Source: an uncultured Nanoarchaeota archaeon (GTDB lineage: Archaea > Nanobdellota > Nanobdellia > Pacearchaeales > GW2011-AR1). From it: 52,757 nt of DNA. The DNA lies in assembly GCA_963779925.1 (NCBI GenBank), contig CAVZZS010000007.1, positions 1 to 52,757 of the forward strand, written 5' to 3'. The notes below the pieces were generated by a model that made no database searches, was not told where the DNA came from, and saw only the letters and a list, made by a program, of their open reading frames with translations. Each line of letters starts with the position of its first letter. The stretch's first letter is position 1. A program made the translations under genes and the position numbers. This document shows, piece by piece, positions 1 through 8,656 of this stretch.

Positions 1-52
1 ATAATACCGGCTATCTTTCTTCCCGGCTAACTCGTTCATTTTTACGTATTGC

Positions 53-352
53 TCATATATCGCATCCATTATGGTTGTGTCTCTGAAAATCTTTGGCAAG
101 TTCTCTTATTGGAATTAAAAAGTTTTGGGTGAGACCTTCATTTTTTTTATAGAAGTGCAATCTTCCATCTTTGCTTTTGGTTATTCCATACGATTCTATC
201 CAATCTTGTTGTTCATCTATAACAATTCTTACAATATTTAATCCTTCTTCAGAAATTGTGTCATTCCATAAATAGGAATGTTGCTCCGCAGCTTTTCTAA
301 TTGCTGAAAAAATTTCTATATACCTATTTAGTGAATATTTATTTTCAGGCAT
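53..352 (-). CDS. hypothetical protein (99 aa)
   Basis: Intact ORF in an otherwise unoccupied slot downstream of alaS on the same strand. No motif recognised. Confidence 0.45.
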   Translation of the reverse strand: MPENKYSLNRYIEIFSAIRKAAEQHSYLWNDTISEEGLNIVRIVIDEQQDWIESYGITKSKDGRLHFYKKNEGLTQNFLIPIRELAKDFQRHNHNGCDI

Positions 353-396
353 ATTTTATTTTGCTAAGAAGAGTATTTATAATTAATTATAGAAAG

Positions 397-2175
397 TTAT
401 ATATTTTTAAGAATTGCTTTTATTCTTCTGATACCTGAAGAACTTGATTCTTCTTTTGTTATCTTGAATTTTCCAAGCTCTTTTGTATTATTTACGTGTG
501 GTCCTGTGCAAATCTCTTTGCTGAAATAACCTTTTTTTTCAGATGGGTCTAGAATGGTGTAAACTGAAACTTTTTCGGGATATTTAGCTCCGAATTCTCC
601 AGCAGCACCAGATTTGAATGCCTCTTTTATTGGCATTTCCTCGCGGATGATCTTCAATTCTGACTTAATCTTTTTATTGATTATATCTTCGATTTCTTTT
701 ATTTCTTCATCTGTTAATTTTCTTGGAAAGGTGAAATCAAATCTTAATCTTTCGGGTGTTATGTTTGAACCTTTTTGATGTATCTCTGAACTTTTCAAGA
801 CTATTTTCAATGCTGCATTGAGAAGATGAGCTGCAGTATGCAATTTGACTGTTTCATCAGAGTGGTCAGCTAATCCTGATTTGAATTGTCCTGCCGAAGC
901 CGTTCGAGACAGCTCCTGATGTTTTTTCAATTCTTCTTTGAAATCTTTTCTACTGATTTTTATATTATGACTTTTGAACTCTTCTTCAATCATCTCAATC
1001 GGAAATCCATAAGATTGGTAAAGTAAGAAAAGATCTTTCCTTGATACTTGTTTTATCTTTTTTAATTCAATTTCTCTGATGATTTTTTGTGCGTAATTAA
1101 TACCTCTTTCTAATGTTTGCTTAAACTTTTCCTCTTCTTTTCCCAAAGTTTCCAAAATTCTCTTTTTTTCTTGTCTTAGAATATCATAATCTTTGTATAT
1201 CTCAAATACTGGCTCGGCAATTTTTGAAGTAAAATTATTCATTCCAAGAATTCTTCCATATCTAACTGCCCTTCGGATTAATCTTCGCAAAACATATCCT
1301 TGCTCTGAATTTGACGGATTTACACCATCTGCGATAATAAACACCGCAGCTTTGATATGGTCTGCAATTATTCTCATGGCTTTTTTATTTTCTTCAACAT
1401 ATTCTTTTTTGGAAATTTCTTCTATTTTCTGGATTATCGGCAAAAAACAATCTGTGAGATAATTATCGTGCAGACTATTCAAAACAGCTATTGTTCTTTC
1501 CACTCCTCCTCCAAAATCAATGTTCTTTTGCTCTGCAACTCTAAACTCCCCATTCCCATTTTTCACATATTGCATGATAACGTCATTTCCGATTTCAACC
1601 CACTTTTTGTCTTTAGGATTAAATTTTACTGGAGACTTTTGTCCCGTCCAAAAGAACATCTCTGTATCCGGCCCACAAGGTCCAGTATTTCCGGCGGGAC
1701 CCCACCAATTATCGCCTAAATAAGCAATTCTATTCTTTGAAATCCCCAATGATGTCCAACTTTTCGCAGACTCTTCATCTATTTGGGCATTTTTATTTCC
1801 TGCAAAAACGGTTACTGCATACTTTTCAAGAGGAATTTTTAATACCTTATTATGGAATTCAAAAGTGTATTCTATTGCTTCTTTTTTGAAATAATCTCCC
1901 AGACTCCAATTTCCAAGCATCTCGAAAAAAGTATGATGAATATCGTCACCAACCTCATCTATATCAACAGTTCTTATACATCTTTGAACATTGCATAACC
2001 TCTTTCCGAGAGGGTGCGATTGGTTTAATAAATAAGGAACCAGGGGATGCATTCCCGCTGTAGTGAATAATACCGTGGGATCATTTTTAGGAATTAAACT
2101 TGCATTTGGAATTTCTTTATGTCCCTTAGATTTAAAGAAAGATAAATATTTTTCAATTAATTCTTTTCTATTCAT
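397..2175 (-). CDS. alaS: alanyl-tRNA synthetase, compact bacterial-type form without C-Ala domain
   Basis: Core motifs KYLSFFKSKGHKEIPNASLIPKNDPTVLFTTAGM, WWGPAGNTGPCGPDTEMF and GYVLRRLIRRA. Editing-domain zinc motifs HTAAHLL and CTGPHV. Only 592 aa. Confidence 0.93.
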   Translation of the reverse strand: MNRKELIEKYLSFFKSKGHKEIPNASLIPKNDPTVLFTTAGMHPLVPYLLNQSHPLGKRLCNVQRCIRTVDIDEVGDDIHHTFFEMLGNWSLGDYFKKEAIEYTFEFHNKVLKIPLEKYAVTVFAGNKNAQIDEESAKSWTSLGISKNRIAYLGDNWWGPAGNTGPCGPDTEMFFWTGQKSPVKFNPKDKKWVEIGNDVIMQYVKNGNGEFRVAEQKNIDFGGGVERTIAVLNSLHDNYLTDCFLPIIQKIEEISKKEYVEENKKAMRIIADHIKAAVFIIADGVNPSNSEQGYVLRRLIRRAVRYGRILGMNNFTSKIAEPVFEIYKDYDILRQEKKRILETLGKEEEKFKQTLERGINYAQKIIREIELKKIKQVSRKDLFLLYQSYGFPIEMIEEEFKSHNIKISRKDFKEELKKHQELSRTASAGQFKSGLADHSDETVKLHTAAHLLNAALKIVLKSSEIHQKGSNITPERLRFDFTFPRKLTDEEIKEIEDIINKKIKSELKIIREEMPIKEAFKSGAAGEFGAKYPEKVSVYTILDPSEKKGYFSKEICTGPHVNNTKELGKFKITKEESSSSGIRRIKAILKNI

Positions 2176-2231
2176 ATCTGAAAAAGAAAATTGAATTTTA
2201 AAAAATTATGCTAAACAGAACATTTTGAGGA

Positions 2232-2585
2232 TTAATAGGAAAGTTCTTTTAATCTTCTTTGAATATCTGCCAATTGTTTTTCAAGCTCGTCGCCGCCTTT
2301 AGTTTTAGCCACTTCTATAGGTTTTACTTCTAAATGCTTTAATGGCTTGGGCATTTCAATTTGAGGCATATTTGCTTCAAGTAGTCTTATTTCAATTGCG
2401 ATTTTTTTAATCTCCCTATAAAATTTTGACTTTAATCCTAACTCAATATTTCTAATAGCTACATATCTATTCATTGACTGAATAATATTTATTATATCTG
2501 CTTCTGATGCAAGAAGATCCCTTTTGGACTGTTTTGCTTCAGGGTATTCAAGCCTTATATGAATAAAGCTATCTTTTTTTTTCAT
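2232..2585 (-). CDS. hypothetical coiled-coil protein (117 aa)
   Basis: ORF one nt downstream of the 2587-3174 gene (operon-like). Short beta-like segment FIHIRLEY followed by long predicted helix. No known motif. Confidence 0.5.
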   Translation of the reverse strand: MKKKDSFIHIRLEYPEAKQSKRDLLASEADIINIIQSMNRYVAIRNIELGLKSKFYREIKKIAIEIRLLEANMPQIEMPKPLKHLEVKPIEVAKTKGGDELEKQLADIQRRLKELSY

Positions 2586-2586
2586 T

Positions 2587-3174
2587 TTATTCTACCTTAG
2601 AAAAAATATCTTTGTCTATTTTCTCAACTTGCTCTTTCATTGTCTGTAGTTTTGCCTGCCAATCTCCTAATTCTTTATCTTCTTGTTCTTTTGTTCTTTT
2701 TATATCATCAAGAATTTTTTCAACACCTACCAATTGTCTTTTTATTTTGTCAAAAACTTCTATATTCTCTTCAAATTTATCTAATCTTACATACATCGGA
2801 CCGGTTTTTGATTCAGATAGACCCATTGAATATCCCCCCCTTTGCTGAGCCGGTTTTTCTACTGGCGATTCTTTCATAATTGATGAAGAAACTTCCTTAG
2901 TCAAAGGACCCGCAGGAAGTTTTGGCATTGTCTGAATTTCATCAGATTCATTTGCTAGTTCTTCATCATCCTCTTTTTCCCCGGATATAGCGTCTTTTAT
3001 CGTGTTTTGAGAAAATTTGTCACCTAATGCACTTGAGGGAAATCGTGGCAATGCATTTGGTTTGAATTGCATACTATCAGATGAGAAGTCAGGAAGTTTT
3101 GGAAGCTGTGGAAGCGCAGGAAGATCTGCTAGTTCTGGAGCATCCTCTTTTTTATTTTTATTAAACCAAACCAT
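2587..3174 (-). CDS. hypothetical protein, Pro-rich N-terminus and C-terminal coiled coil (195 aa)
   Basis: N-terminal LPALPQLPKLP repeats, low-complexity acidic middle. C-terminal PMYVRLDKF followed by a heptad-like K/E-rich helix. Confidence 0.5.
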   Translation of the reverse strand: MVWFNKNKKEDAPELADLPALPQLPKLPDFSSDSMQFKPNALPRFPSSALGDKFSQNTIKDAISGEKEDDEELANESDEIQTMPKLPAGPLTKEVSSSIMKESPVEKPAQQRGGYSMGLSESKTGPMYVRLDKFEENIEVFDKIKRQLVGVEKILDDIKRTKEQEDKELGDWQAKLQTMKEQVEKIDKDIFSKVE

Positions 3175-3279
3175 TTTATCTATACTCTTTAATATATTAA
3201 TCAGACCATATAGGTTTAAAAACTTTTCATTGTTTTATCAAGAATAAAGAATATTTATTTACATTTTAATAAAAATAAC

Positions 3280-3984
3280 ATGGACAAAAAATTAATCAGA
3301 GAAGCTTTTGTAGAAGTTGCAGGAAAGCAAGCGGAGCCGCTTATCGATTTTCTTGATGGAAAAAAATATATGAATGAATTTTTGATAGCAAAAAAATTAG
3401 ACCTCCCCATAAATCAAACAAGAAATATTTTATACAAAATTTCTGATTTTGGATTAGTTTCTTCTACGAGAAAAAAAGATAAGAAAAAAGGATGGTATAC
3501 TTATTCTTGGAAGATTGAAGAATTAAAATGCTTAGAATTTCTAAAAACGATGTTGCAAAAAAAGATGGAACAATTAAAAAATCAAATTAAAAATAGAGAG
3601 TCTAGAGAATTTTATGTTTGCGAGAGATGTCATGTTGAATTTAATGAAGAGAATGCACTTATTCATGATTTCACCTGCCCTGAATGCGGAAATATTCTGG
3701 AAAGAAAAGACAACACCAAGGTTCTAAAGGAATTCAGAAAAAATCTCGAGAATTATGAAGAAATTCTAAAAATTGTTGATAGCGAAATTGATAAAGAAGA
3801 GATAATCGATGCAAAAAAGATCAGAGTCAAAGATGCTGCTGTCAAAAGAGCAAAAGCAAAAGAAAGGGCGATCACAAGAGAGAAGACGAAAAAAGCTAAA
3901 TTAAAAGAACTAAAGAGCGAGAATAAAAAAACAAAAACTAAAACAATTAAAAAATCTAACAATTTAAAGAAGAAAAAGAAGTAA
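3280..3984 (+). CDS. tfe: transcription factor E (TFIIE-alpha homologue) with Lys-rich C-terminal tail
   Basis: N-terminal winged helix (FLIAKKLDLPINQTRNILYKISDFGLV) followed by zinc ribbon CERC...CPEC. About 55-aa K-rich tail. Confidence 0.8.
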   Translation: MDKKLIREAFVEVAGKQAEPLIDFLDGKKYMNEFLIAKKLDLPINQTRNILYKISDFGLVSSTRKKDKKKGWYTYSWKIEELKCLEFLKTMLQKKMEQLKNQIKNRESREFYVCERCHVEFNEENALIHDFTCPECGNILERKDNTKVLKEFRKNLENYEEILKIVDSEIDKEEIIDAKKIRVKDAAVKRAKAKERAITREKTKKAKLKELKSENKKTKTKTIKKSNNLKKKKK

Positions 3985-3986
3985 TT

Positions 3987-4823
3987 ATGAATTACGGATT
4001 TATCTCTAGAAGAAATTTTCATCTAAGCATTAATACTATCTTGATATTGGTTAATGTTTTTATGTTCATACTTTTATCAATATTAATTTCTATTAATCCT
4101 AATTTCATAAACTATTTTACTATTAATCCTTCAAATATTTTACACGGGCAATATCTTTGGACATTTTTGACAAGCATGTTCTCACATGTTTATTTCTGGC
4201 ATCTTGCCTTTAACATGATTTCACTCTTTTTTGTTGGAATTTTGATAGAGAGAATTATTGGACCTAAGAGGTATTTGTTATTTTACCTTGCAGCAGGTTT
4301 ATTTGCGGGACTTGTCTTTGTACTTCTTGCAGGATTTTTTGGTTCAAGCCAACTTGGTGCAAGTCTCTTTGGCAGTCCAAACATATCTGGACTTGGTGCA
4401 TCTGGGGCCATATTTGGACTGGTAGGGCTACTAGCGGTTTTAACACCGAAGAATAGGGTATACCTTATTGTAGGGCCCTTAATAGCTATAATTCTTGAAT
4501 CGGTCTTAGTTAATTTTTTGTCTCCATCATTGTCTAATTCTATAGACTTAATTGTTACAGTTTACGTATTTTTTTCGATATTTGCAATGTTCTCTTCTAA
4601 TAAGTTACTTAGAAAATTAGTTATTCCCTTAGATATGCCTTTTTGGGTTTTGCCTATTGTATCAATACTTCCATTAATCATTATTGGATTGTTTTTGCCG
4701 TTGCCCATCGCAAATTCGGCGCATCTTGGGGGCTTAATATTTGGTCTTGCCTATGGACTATACCTAAAACAGAAATTTCCTAAAAAAACTCAAATGATTT
4801 CCAAAATTTTTACAAGACAATGA
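3987..4823 (+). CDS. rhomboid-family intramembrane serine protease
   Basis: Multi-TM protein with GASGAIFGLVG (GxSG catalytic Ser) and late-TM AHLGGLIFG (catalytic His). Confidence 0.85.
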   Translation: MNYGFISRRNFHLSINTILILVNVFMFILLSILISINPNFINYFTINPSNILHGQYLWTFLTSMFSHVYFWHLAFNMISLFFVGILIERIIGPKRYLLFYLAAGLFAGLVFVLLAGFFGSSQLGASLFGSPNISGLGASGAIFGLVGLLAVLTPKNRVYLIVGPLIAIILESVLVNFLSPSLSNSIDLIVTVYVFFSIFAMFSSNKLLRKLVIPLDMPFWVLPIVSILPLIIIGLFLPLPIANSAHLGGLIFGLAYGLYLKQKFPKKTQMISKIFTRQ

Positions 4824-5419
4824 TATCTAAAAAGACTAAGATAAAAAAGAGCGTATTTGCGGAGAACTATAAGAAAAGTTGGGAATATATCAAAGAGTCA
4901 AAAAAATTTATTTTGATAATTGTAGGGATATTTTTTATATTTGCTTTAGTCGGATTTTTTGTTCCTGCTCCTAATTATGTCTCTGGGTTAATCTCTAGTT
5001 ATGTCAAAGAGATTGTTAATGAGGCTTCGGGATTATCTTGGTTACAATTGGTGTCTTTCATCTTTTTTAATAATTTGAAAAGCAGCTTTTTCGGTTTAGT
5101 TTTCGGAATATTTTTTGGAATTCTCCCCTCGCTTTTAGCTCTTGCTAATGGTTATATCCTTGGATTTGTTTCAAATGAAAGTGTAAAAACAAATGGCCTT
5201 CTGATTTTGTGGAAACTCTTTCCCCATGGAATATTTGAACTTCCAGCAGTATTTATCTCTCTTGGCTTAGGACTTAAACTTGCAAGCAAGTTATTTGAAA
5301 AAAAAGGCAAATTCGGAGAAAATTTTCTAAAGGCATTGAGAGTATTTTTGTTTGTAGTTGCTCCGCTGCTGATTATTGCCGCGATTATAGAAGGCAGTCT
5401 TATTCTCTTAGTTCATTAA
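4820..5419 (+). CDS. SpoIIM/DUF95-family membrane protein
   Basis: Several TM helices. LFPHGIFELPAVFISLGLG matches the family signature. 4-nt overlap with the rhomboid gene. Confidence 0.7.
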   Translation: MISKKTKIKKSVFAENYKKSWEYIKESKKFILIIVGIFFIFALVGFFVPAPNYVSGLISSYVKEIVNEASGLSWLQLVSFIFFNNLKSSFFGLVFGIFFGILPSLLALANGYILGFVSNESVKTNGLLILWKLFPHGIFELPAVFISLGLGLKLASKLFEKKGKFGENFLKALRVFLFVVAPLLIIAAIIEGSLILLVH

Positions 5420-5619
5420 TTGCTTCTTAAATCGTTAATTCCTAAGATAATGAATATCAATCCAATTAATGATACAAACCACACAAATCCTCCCTTCAGA
5501 AATTCCCATGCGGCATGTTTAAAGTCCCAAAATGTCCCGAAATTTGGTGAGAACCAAGCCAATAAAATTATCCCTAACAATAAAACTAACCCGATTAATA
5601 ATTCAACCCATTTATTCAT
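5416..5619 (-). CDS. small membrane protein (67 aa, 2 predicted TM)
   Basis: Two hydrophobic helices. Convergent 4-nt overlap with the SpoIIM-like gene. The antisense ORF 5420-5707 looks non-coding. Confidence 0.4.
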   Translation of the reverse strand: MNKWVELLIGLVLLLGIILLAWFSPNFGTFWDFKHAAWEFLKGGFVWFVSLIGLIFIILGINDLRSN

Positions 5620-5665
5620 TTCGATTATAGAAGATTCTTATTTAAAAATATTTTTGTGCTGGATT

Positions 5666-6211
5666 TTATGGGAGCAAAACTGCTACTGCGATGACTGTTG
5701 TCCATAAACCATCTTTATTGCCTTCTGCAGATTGCGTATAGTTCATCGTCTTGAAAATCTGCCCGCTTGCCTTGTATACATCTTCTCTTTCTTCCCAAGC
5801 AGTATCGGGGTTAAATTCTATTCCCAAAGTACTTGCTAACATTGTTGCAGCAAGATCCTCTGCATATTCCCCCGCTTTTTTTGCAGTCTCACCAAAACCA
5901 TGATGCTCTGATAGATATCCATAATGATTGTTTGAGTCCTTAGGCAAAGCAACACCTATTGAAGTAGAGATTAATCTATTCGGTTCATTTGTCTCAGATC
6001 TTGCCATGACACAAAAAGTAATCTGTCCCGGAGAAAGCAGTTTTACTCCTTCTTCTTTTGTGATGACTTTACAGTTTGGTGGCAGAATGCTTGAAACATA
6101 GACTAAGTTGCATTTTTCAATTCCAGCATCTCTTAGAGATGCTTCAAAATTTGCAAGTTTATCTTTATGAACACCCACGCCTTTTGCAAAGAAAATTTTG
6201 GTTGGTATCAT
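5666..6211 (-). CDS. pdaD: pyruvoyl-dependent arginine decarboxylase
   Basis: [18 protein letters not shown] and [11 protein letters not shown] (Ser-Ser self-processing site). Start trimmed to Met25 of the ORF because a tttaaaaa box lies about 24 nt upstream of 6211. Confidence 0.88.
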   Translation of the reverse strand: MIPTKIFFAKGVGVHKDKLANFEASLRDAGIEKCNLVYVSSILPPNCKVITKEEGVKLLSPGQITFCVMARSETNEPNRLISTSIGVALPKDSNNHYGYLSEHHGFGETAKKAGEYAEDLAATMLASTLGIEFNPDTAWEEREDVYKASGQIFKTMNYTQSAEGNKDGLWTTVIAVAVLLP

Positions 6212-6288
6212 TTTTATTACTCTACCTATTTTTCTTTTTAAACTTTCTTTTTTGGAAATTTTTATCGTCGAAAACCATTTCAAAAATC

Positions 6289-6296
6289 TTTTAAAC
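6289..6296 (+). promoter_or_regulatory. TATA-like box (ttttaaac) for dys
   Basis: The 8-mer ends exactly 22 nt before the ATG at 6318. Five other operon-first genes in the window show the same offset. Confidence 0.4.
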
Positions 6297-6317
6297 CCTT
6301 AATATCTCTCCTTTTTC

Positions 6318-7238
6318 ATGAAAGCTGTTAAACCTATAAAAATAAGACAAAATATGAAAATTTCTGAATTAGTTGACGAAATGCAAGATTCTGGATTTGG
6401 AGCAGGAAAAATAAATCATGCTTCTGTAATCATGAGCAAAATGTTTTCTGATTCAAAATGCAAGACTTTTTTAGGATTAGCTGGTGCAATGGTTCCTGCT
6501 GGAATGAAATTTGTTGTTCTAGACCTTCTGGATAACATCAATGTATTGGTCGTTACAGGTGCTACGTTAACTCATGATTTAATAGAAGCCTTGGGGGATG
6601 AACATTACCTTATAGAAGAACCTTTTGATGATAAATCTCTAAATCGAAAAGGTTTGGATAGGATATATAATGTAGTCATGAAAAATAAAGTCTATGAAAA
6701 ACTAGAGAATTTTTTTAATTTAAATTGGGAAAAATTCAAAGATTGCAAGACTATAAAAGAGCTGATATGGAAAATAGGCGAATTATGCCCAGGCACTTCA
6801 GAAAATTGTATTCTTAAGAAATGTTATGAAAAAAGGATTCCCTTATTTTGTCCTGCCCTTGCAGATTCAGGCATAGGGTTGATGATTTGGGGCGAAAGAG
6901 CGGCGGGAAAAGAAATTTTTATTGATGCCTTTGAAGACATGAAAGAGATCATTGATATTGCATGGACGTCAAGCAAAAGCGGAATAATTTATATTGGCGG
7001 CGGAGTTCCAAAAAACTTTATTCAGCAAGCACTTCAATTTTCAAAAGGCGCAGATTACGGGATACAGATTACAACTGACTCACCTGAACCTGGAGGGAGT
7101 AGCGGAGCTCCATTAAAGGAAGGAATATCTTGGGGGAAACTAAAGAAGAATGCAGATTTTGTTGATGTAAGATGCGATGCAACAATTGCCCTACCACTGA
7201 TACTTGGTGCTGTCAGAGACAAAAGCAAAAAGTCTTAA
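6318..7238 (+). CDS. dys: deoxyhypusine synthase
   Basis: Motifs GLAGAMVPAGM, VTGATLTHD, YIGGGVPKNF and ISWGK. Confidence 0.9.
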   Translation: MKAVKPIKIRQNMKISELVDEMQDSGFGAGKINHASVIMSKMFSDSKCKTFLGLAGAMVPAGMKFVVLDLLDNINVLVVTGATLTHDLIEALGDEHYLIEEPFDDKSLNRKGLDRIYNVVMKNKVYEKLENFFNLNWEKFKDCKTIKELIWKIGELCPGTSENCILKKCYEKRIPLFCPALADSGIGLMIWGERAAGKEIFIDAFEDMKEIIDIAWTSSKSGIIYIGGGVPKNFIQQALQFSKGADYGIQITTDSPEPGGSSGAPLKEGISWGKLKKNADFVDVRCDATIALPLILGAVRDKSKKS

Positions 7239-7260
7239 ATCTGCTCTTTCTTGTTTATTA

Positions 7261-8301
7261 ATGCTGACGAAGAAACAAGTTATTGAAATCAGAGACAAGC
7301 TCAATAGTTCCAATAACCCCCTATTTCTTTTCGACAATGATCCTGATGGATTATGCAGTTTCTTGTTACTCCAAAAATACACAAAAAAAGGAAAAGGATT
7401 TCCGATTAAATCTTTTCCAGAATTAAGCGAAAATTATTTCAGGAAAATTTTGGAGTTAAATCCGGATTGCTTGTTTATATTGGACAAGCCTCTTATTTCG
7501 AAAGAATTTTTCAAAAAAGTCGAAGAAGTAAATTTGCCTGTTGTTTGGATAGACCATCATGAAATTGACAGATCAGAAATTCCTGACTTTGTAGATTATT
7601 ATAATCCTTTATATAACCGAAAGAAAACAGAAGAACCAGTCACGACTTTGTGCTATCAGGTTAATGGCGATGAAAATCTTGCATGGCTTGCAATTGCCGG
7701 AAGCATTTCAGATAAATTTCTTCCGGATTTTTATGAAAAATTTAGGAAGAAAAATCCCGATTTGGCTATTGAAACAAAAGAAGCATTTGATGTTTTTTAC
7801 AATTCGCAAATCGGCAAGATTGCGAGAATTTTTAGTTTTGCATTAAAAGACCGGACAACAAATGTTATCAGCATGATGAAATTTCTAATGAAAGCAAATA
7901 CTCCTTATGAAGTTCTAGAGGATTCATCTCTGAACCATATGATGCATTACCGCTTTGAACAGATAGAAAAGAAATATCAAAAACTCTTAAATAAAGCAGT
8001 CAAGATCGGAGAAAAGTCAGATAAACTTTTATTCTTTCAGTATGGCGGAGAATTAAGCATAAGCTCAGACTTGTCAAATCATTTAATCTACCAATTTCCA
8101 AACAAGGTCATAGTTGTAGTTTATGTCACCGGAATAAAGGCAAATATCTCTGTAAGAGGAAAAAATATCAGGGAGAAAGTTATCGAAGCACTGAATGGAC
8201 TAGAAGGAGCTACAGGCGGGGGGCATGAAGATGCCGTTGGCGGACAAATGCGGGTAGATGACATTGACCCCTTTAAAGTTAGACTCAAGGAATTAATATA
8301 G
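7261..8301 (+). CDS. DHH/DHHA1-family phosphoesterase (RecJ/NrnA-like)
   Basis: DNDPDGLCS, WIDHHE (DHH motif) and GGGHEDAVGG (DHHA1 GGGH). Start placed at the ATG at 7261 to avoid a 35-nt overlap with dys. Confidence 0.8.
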   Translation: MLTKKQVIEIRDKLNSSNNPLFLFDNDPDGLCSFLLLQKYTKKGKGFPIKSFPELSENYFRKILELNPDCLFILDKPLISKEFFKKVEEVNLPVVWIDHHEIDRSEIPDFVDYYNPLYNRKKTEEPVTTLCYQVNGDENLAWLAIAGSISDKFLPDFYEKFRKKNPDLAIETKEAFDVFYNSQIGKIARIFSFALKDRTTNVISMMKFLMKANTPYEVLEDSSLNHMMHYRFEQIEKKYQKLLNKAVKIGEKSDKLLFFQYGGELSISSDLSNHLIYQFPNKVIVVVYVTGIKANISVRGKNIREKVIEALNGLEGATGGGHEDAVGGQMRVDDIDPFKVRLKELI

Positions 8302-8656
8302 ACAAAAACTAAAGAAATCTTTATAAATATCTTATTCTAAATTTAACTATGAGTGAACTAAGATTTGGTCATTTTAATTGCTCCATCTTAGTCTACACAC
8401 CAATTAAAAACTCAATTTAATCCGGCTTTCTTCGTGCGGGTTGAGTTGGGATTTATTATTCTTATTTAACTCAGCCGAGGAACACCAGCGGATTTTGAAA
8501 AATGAGTCCGAGAAACAAAATGGAACAAGAATCGGTGGAAAGAGAGTTGAGCTCTTTATTAGAGCGGACATTGAAATTAGAAGACGAAGTTAACTCTTTT
8601 GTTCGCCCAAGGAATGATTAGCGCAATTTTCTGTTAGAAAATGATTTTTGTAGATA

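Noticed and set aside
1193-1723. Three plus-strand ORFs (89, 120 and 67 aa) inside alaS
   Set aside because: They are antisense to a motif-rich AlaRS frame, have low-complexity F/I/L-rich translations typical of antisense AT-rich coding DNA, and lack start signals.
6212-6283. 24-aa N-terminal extension of the pdaD ORF
   Set aside because: PdaD homologues start at the MIPTK-type sequence. A TATA-like box sits inside the putative extension at the right distance from Met25.
7204-7260. 19-aa N-terminal extension of the DHH phosphoesterase ORF overlapping dys by 35 nt
   Set aside because: The internal ATG at 7261 removes the overlap. The extension has no domain content. The call is uncertain, so both starts remain possible.
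8471-8490. gccgaggaacaccagcgg resembling the RNase P RNA CR-I (GAGGAAAGUCCGGGC) or the SRP helix-8 GGAA/AGCAG motif
   Set aside because: Only the GAGGAA core matches. No CR-IV/CR-V or SRP 5'-domain elements were found nearby, and the G+C is too low for those RNAs. I kept it only as a generic ncRNA candidate.
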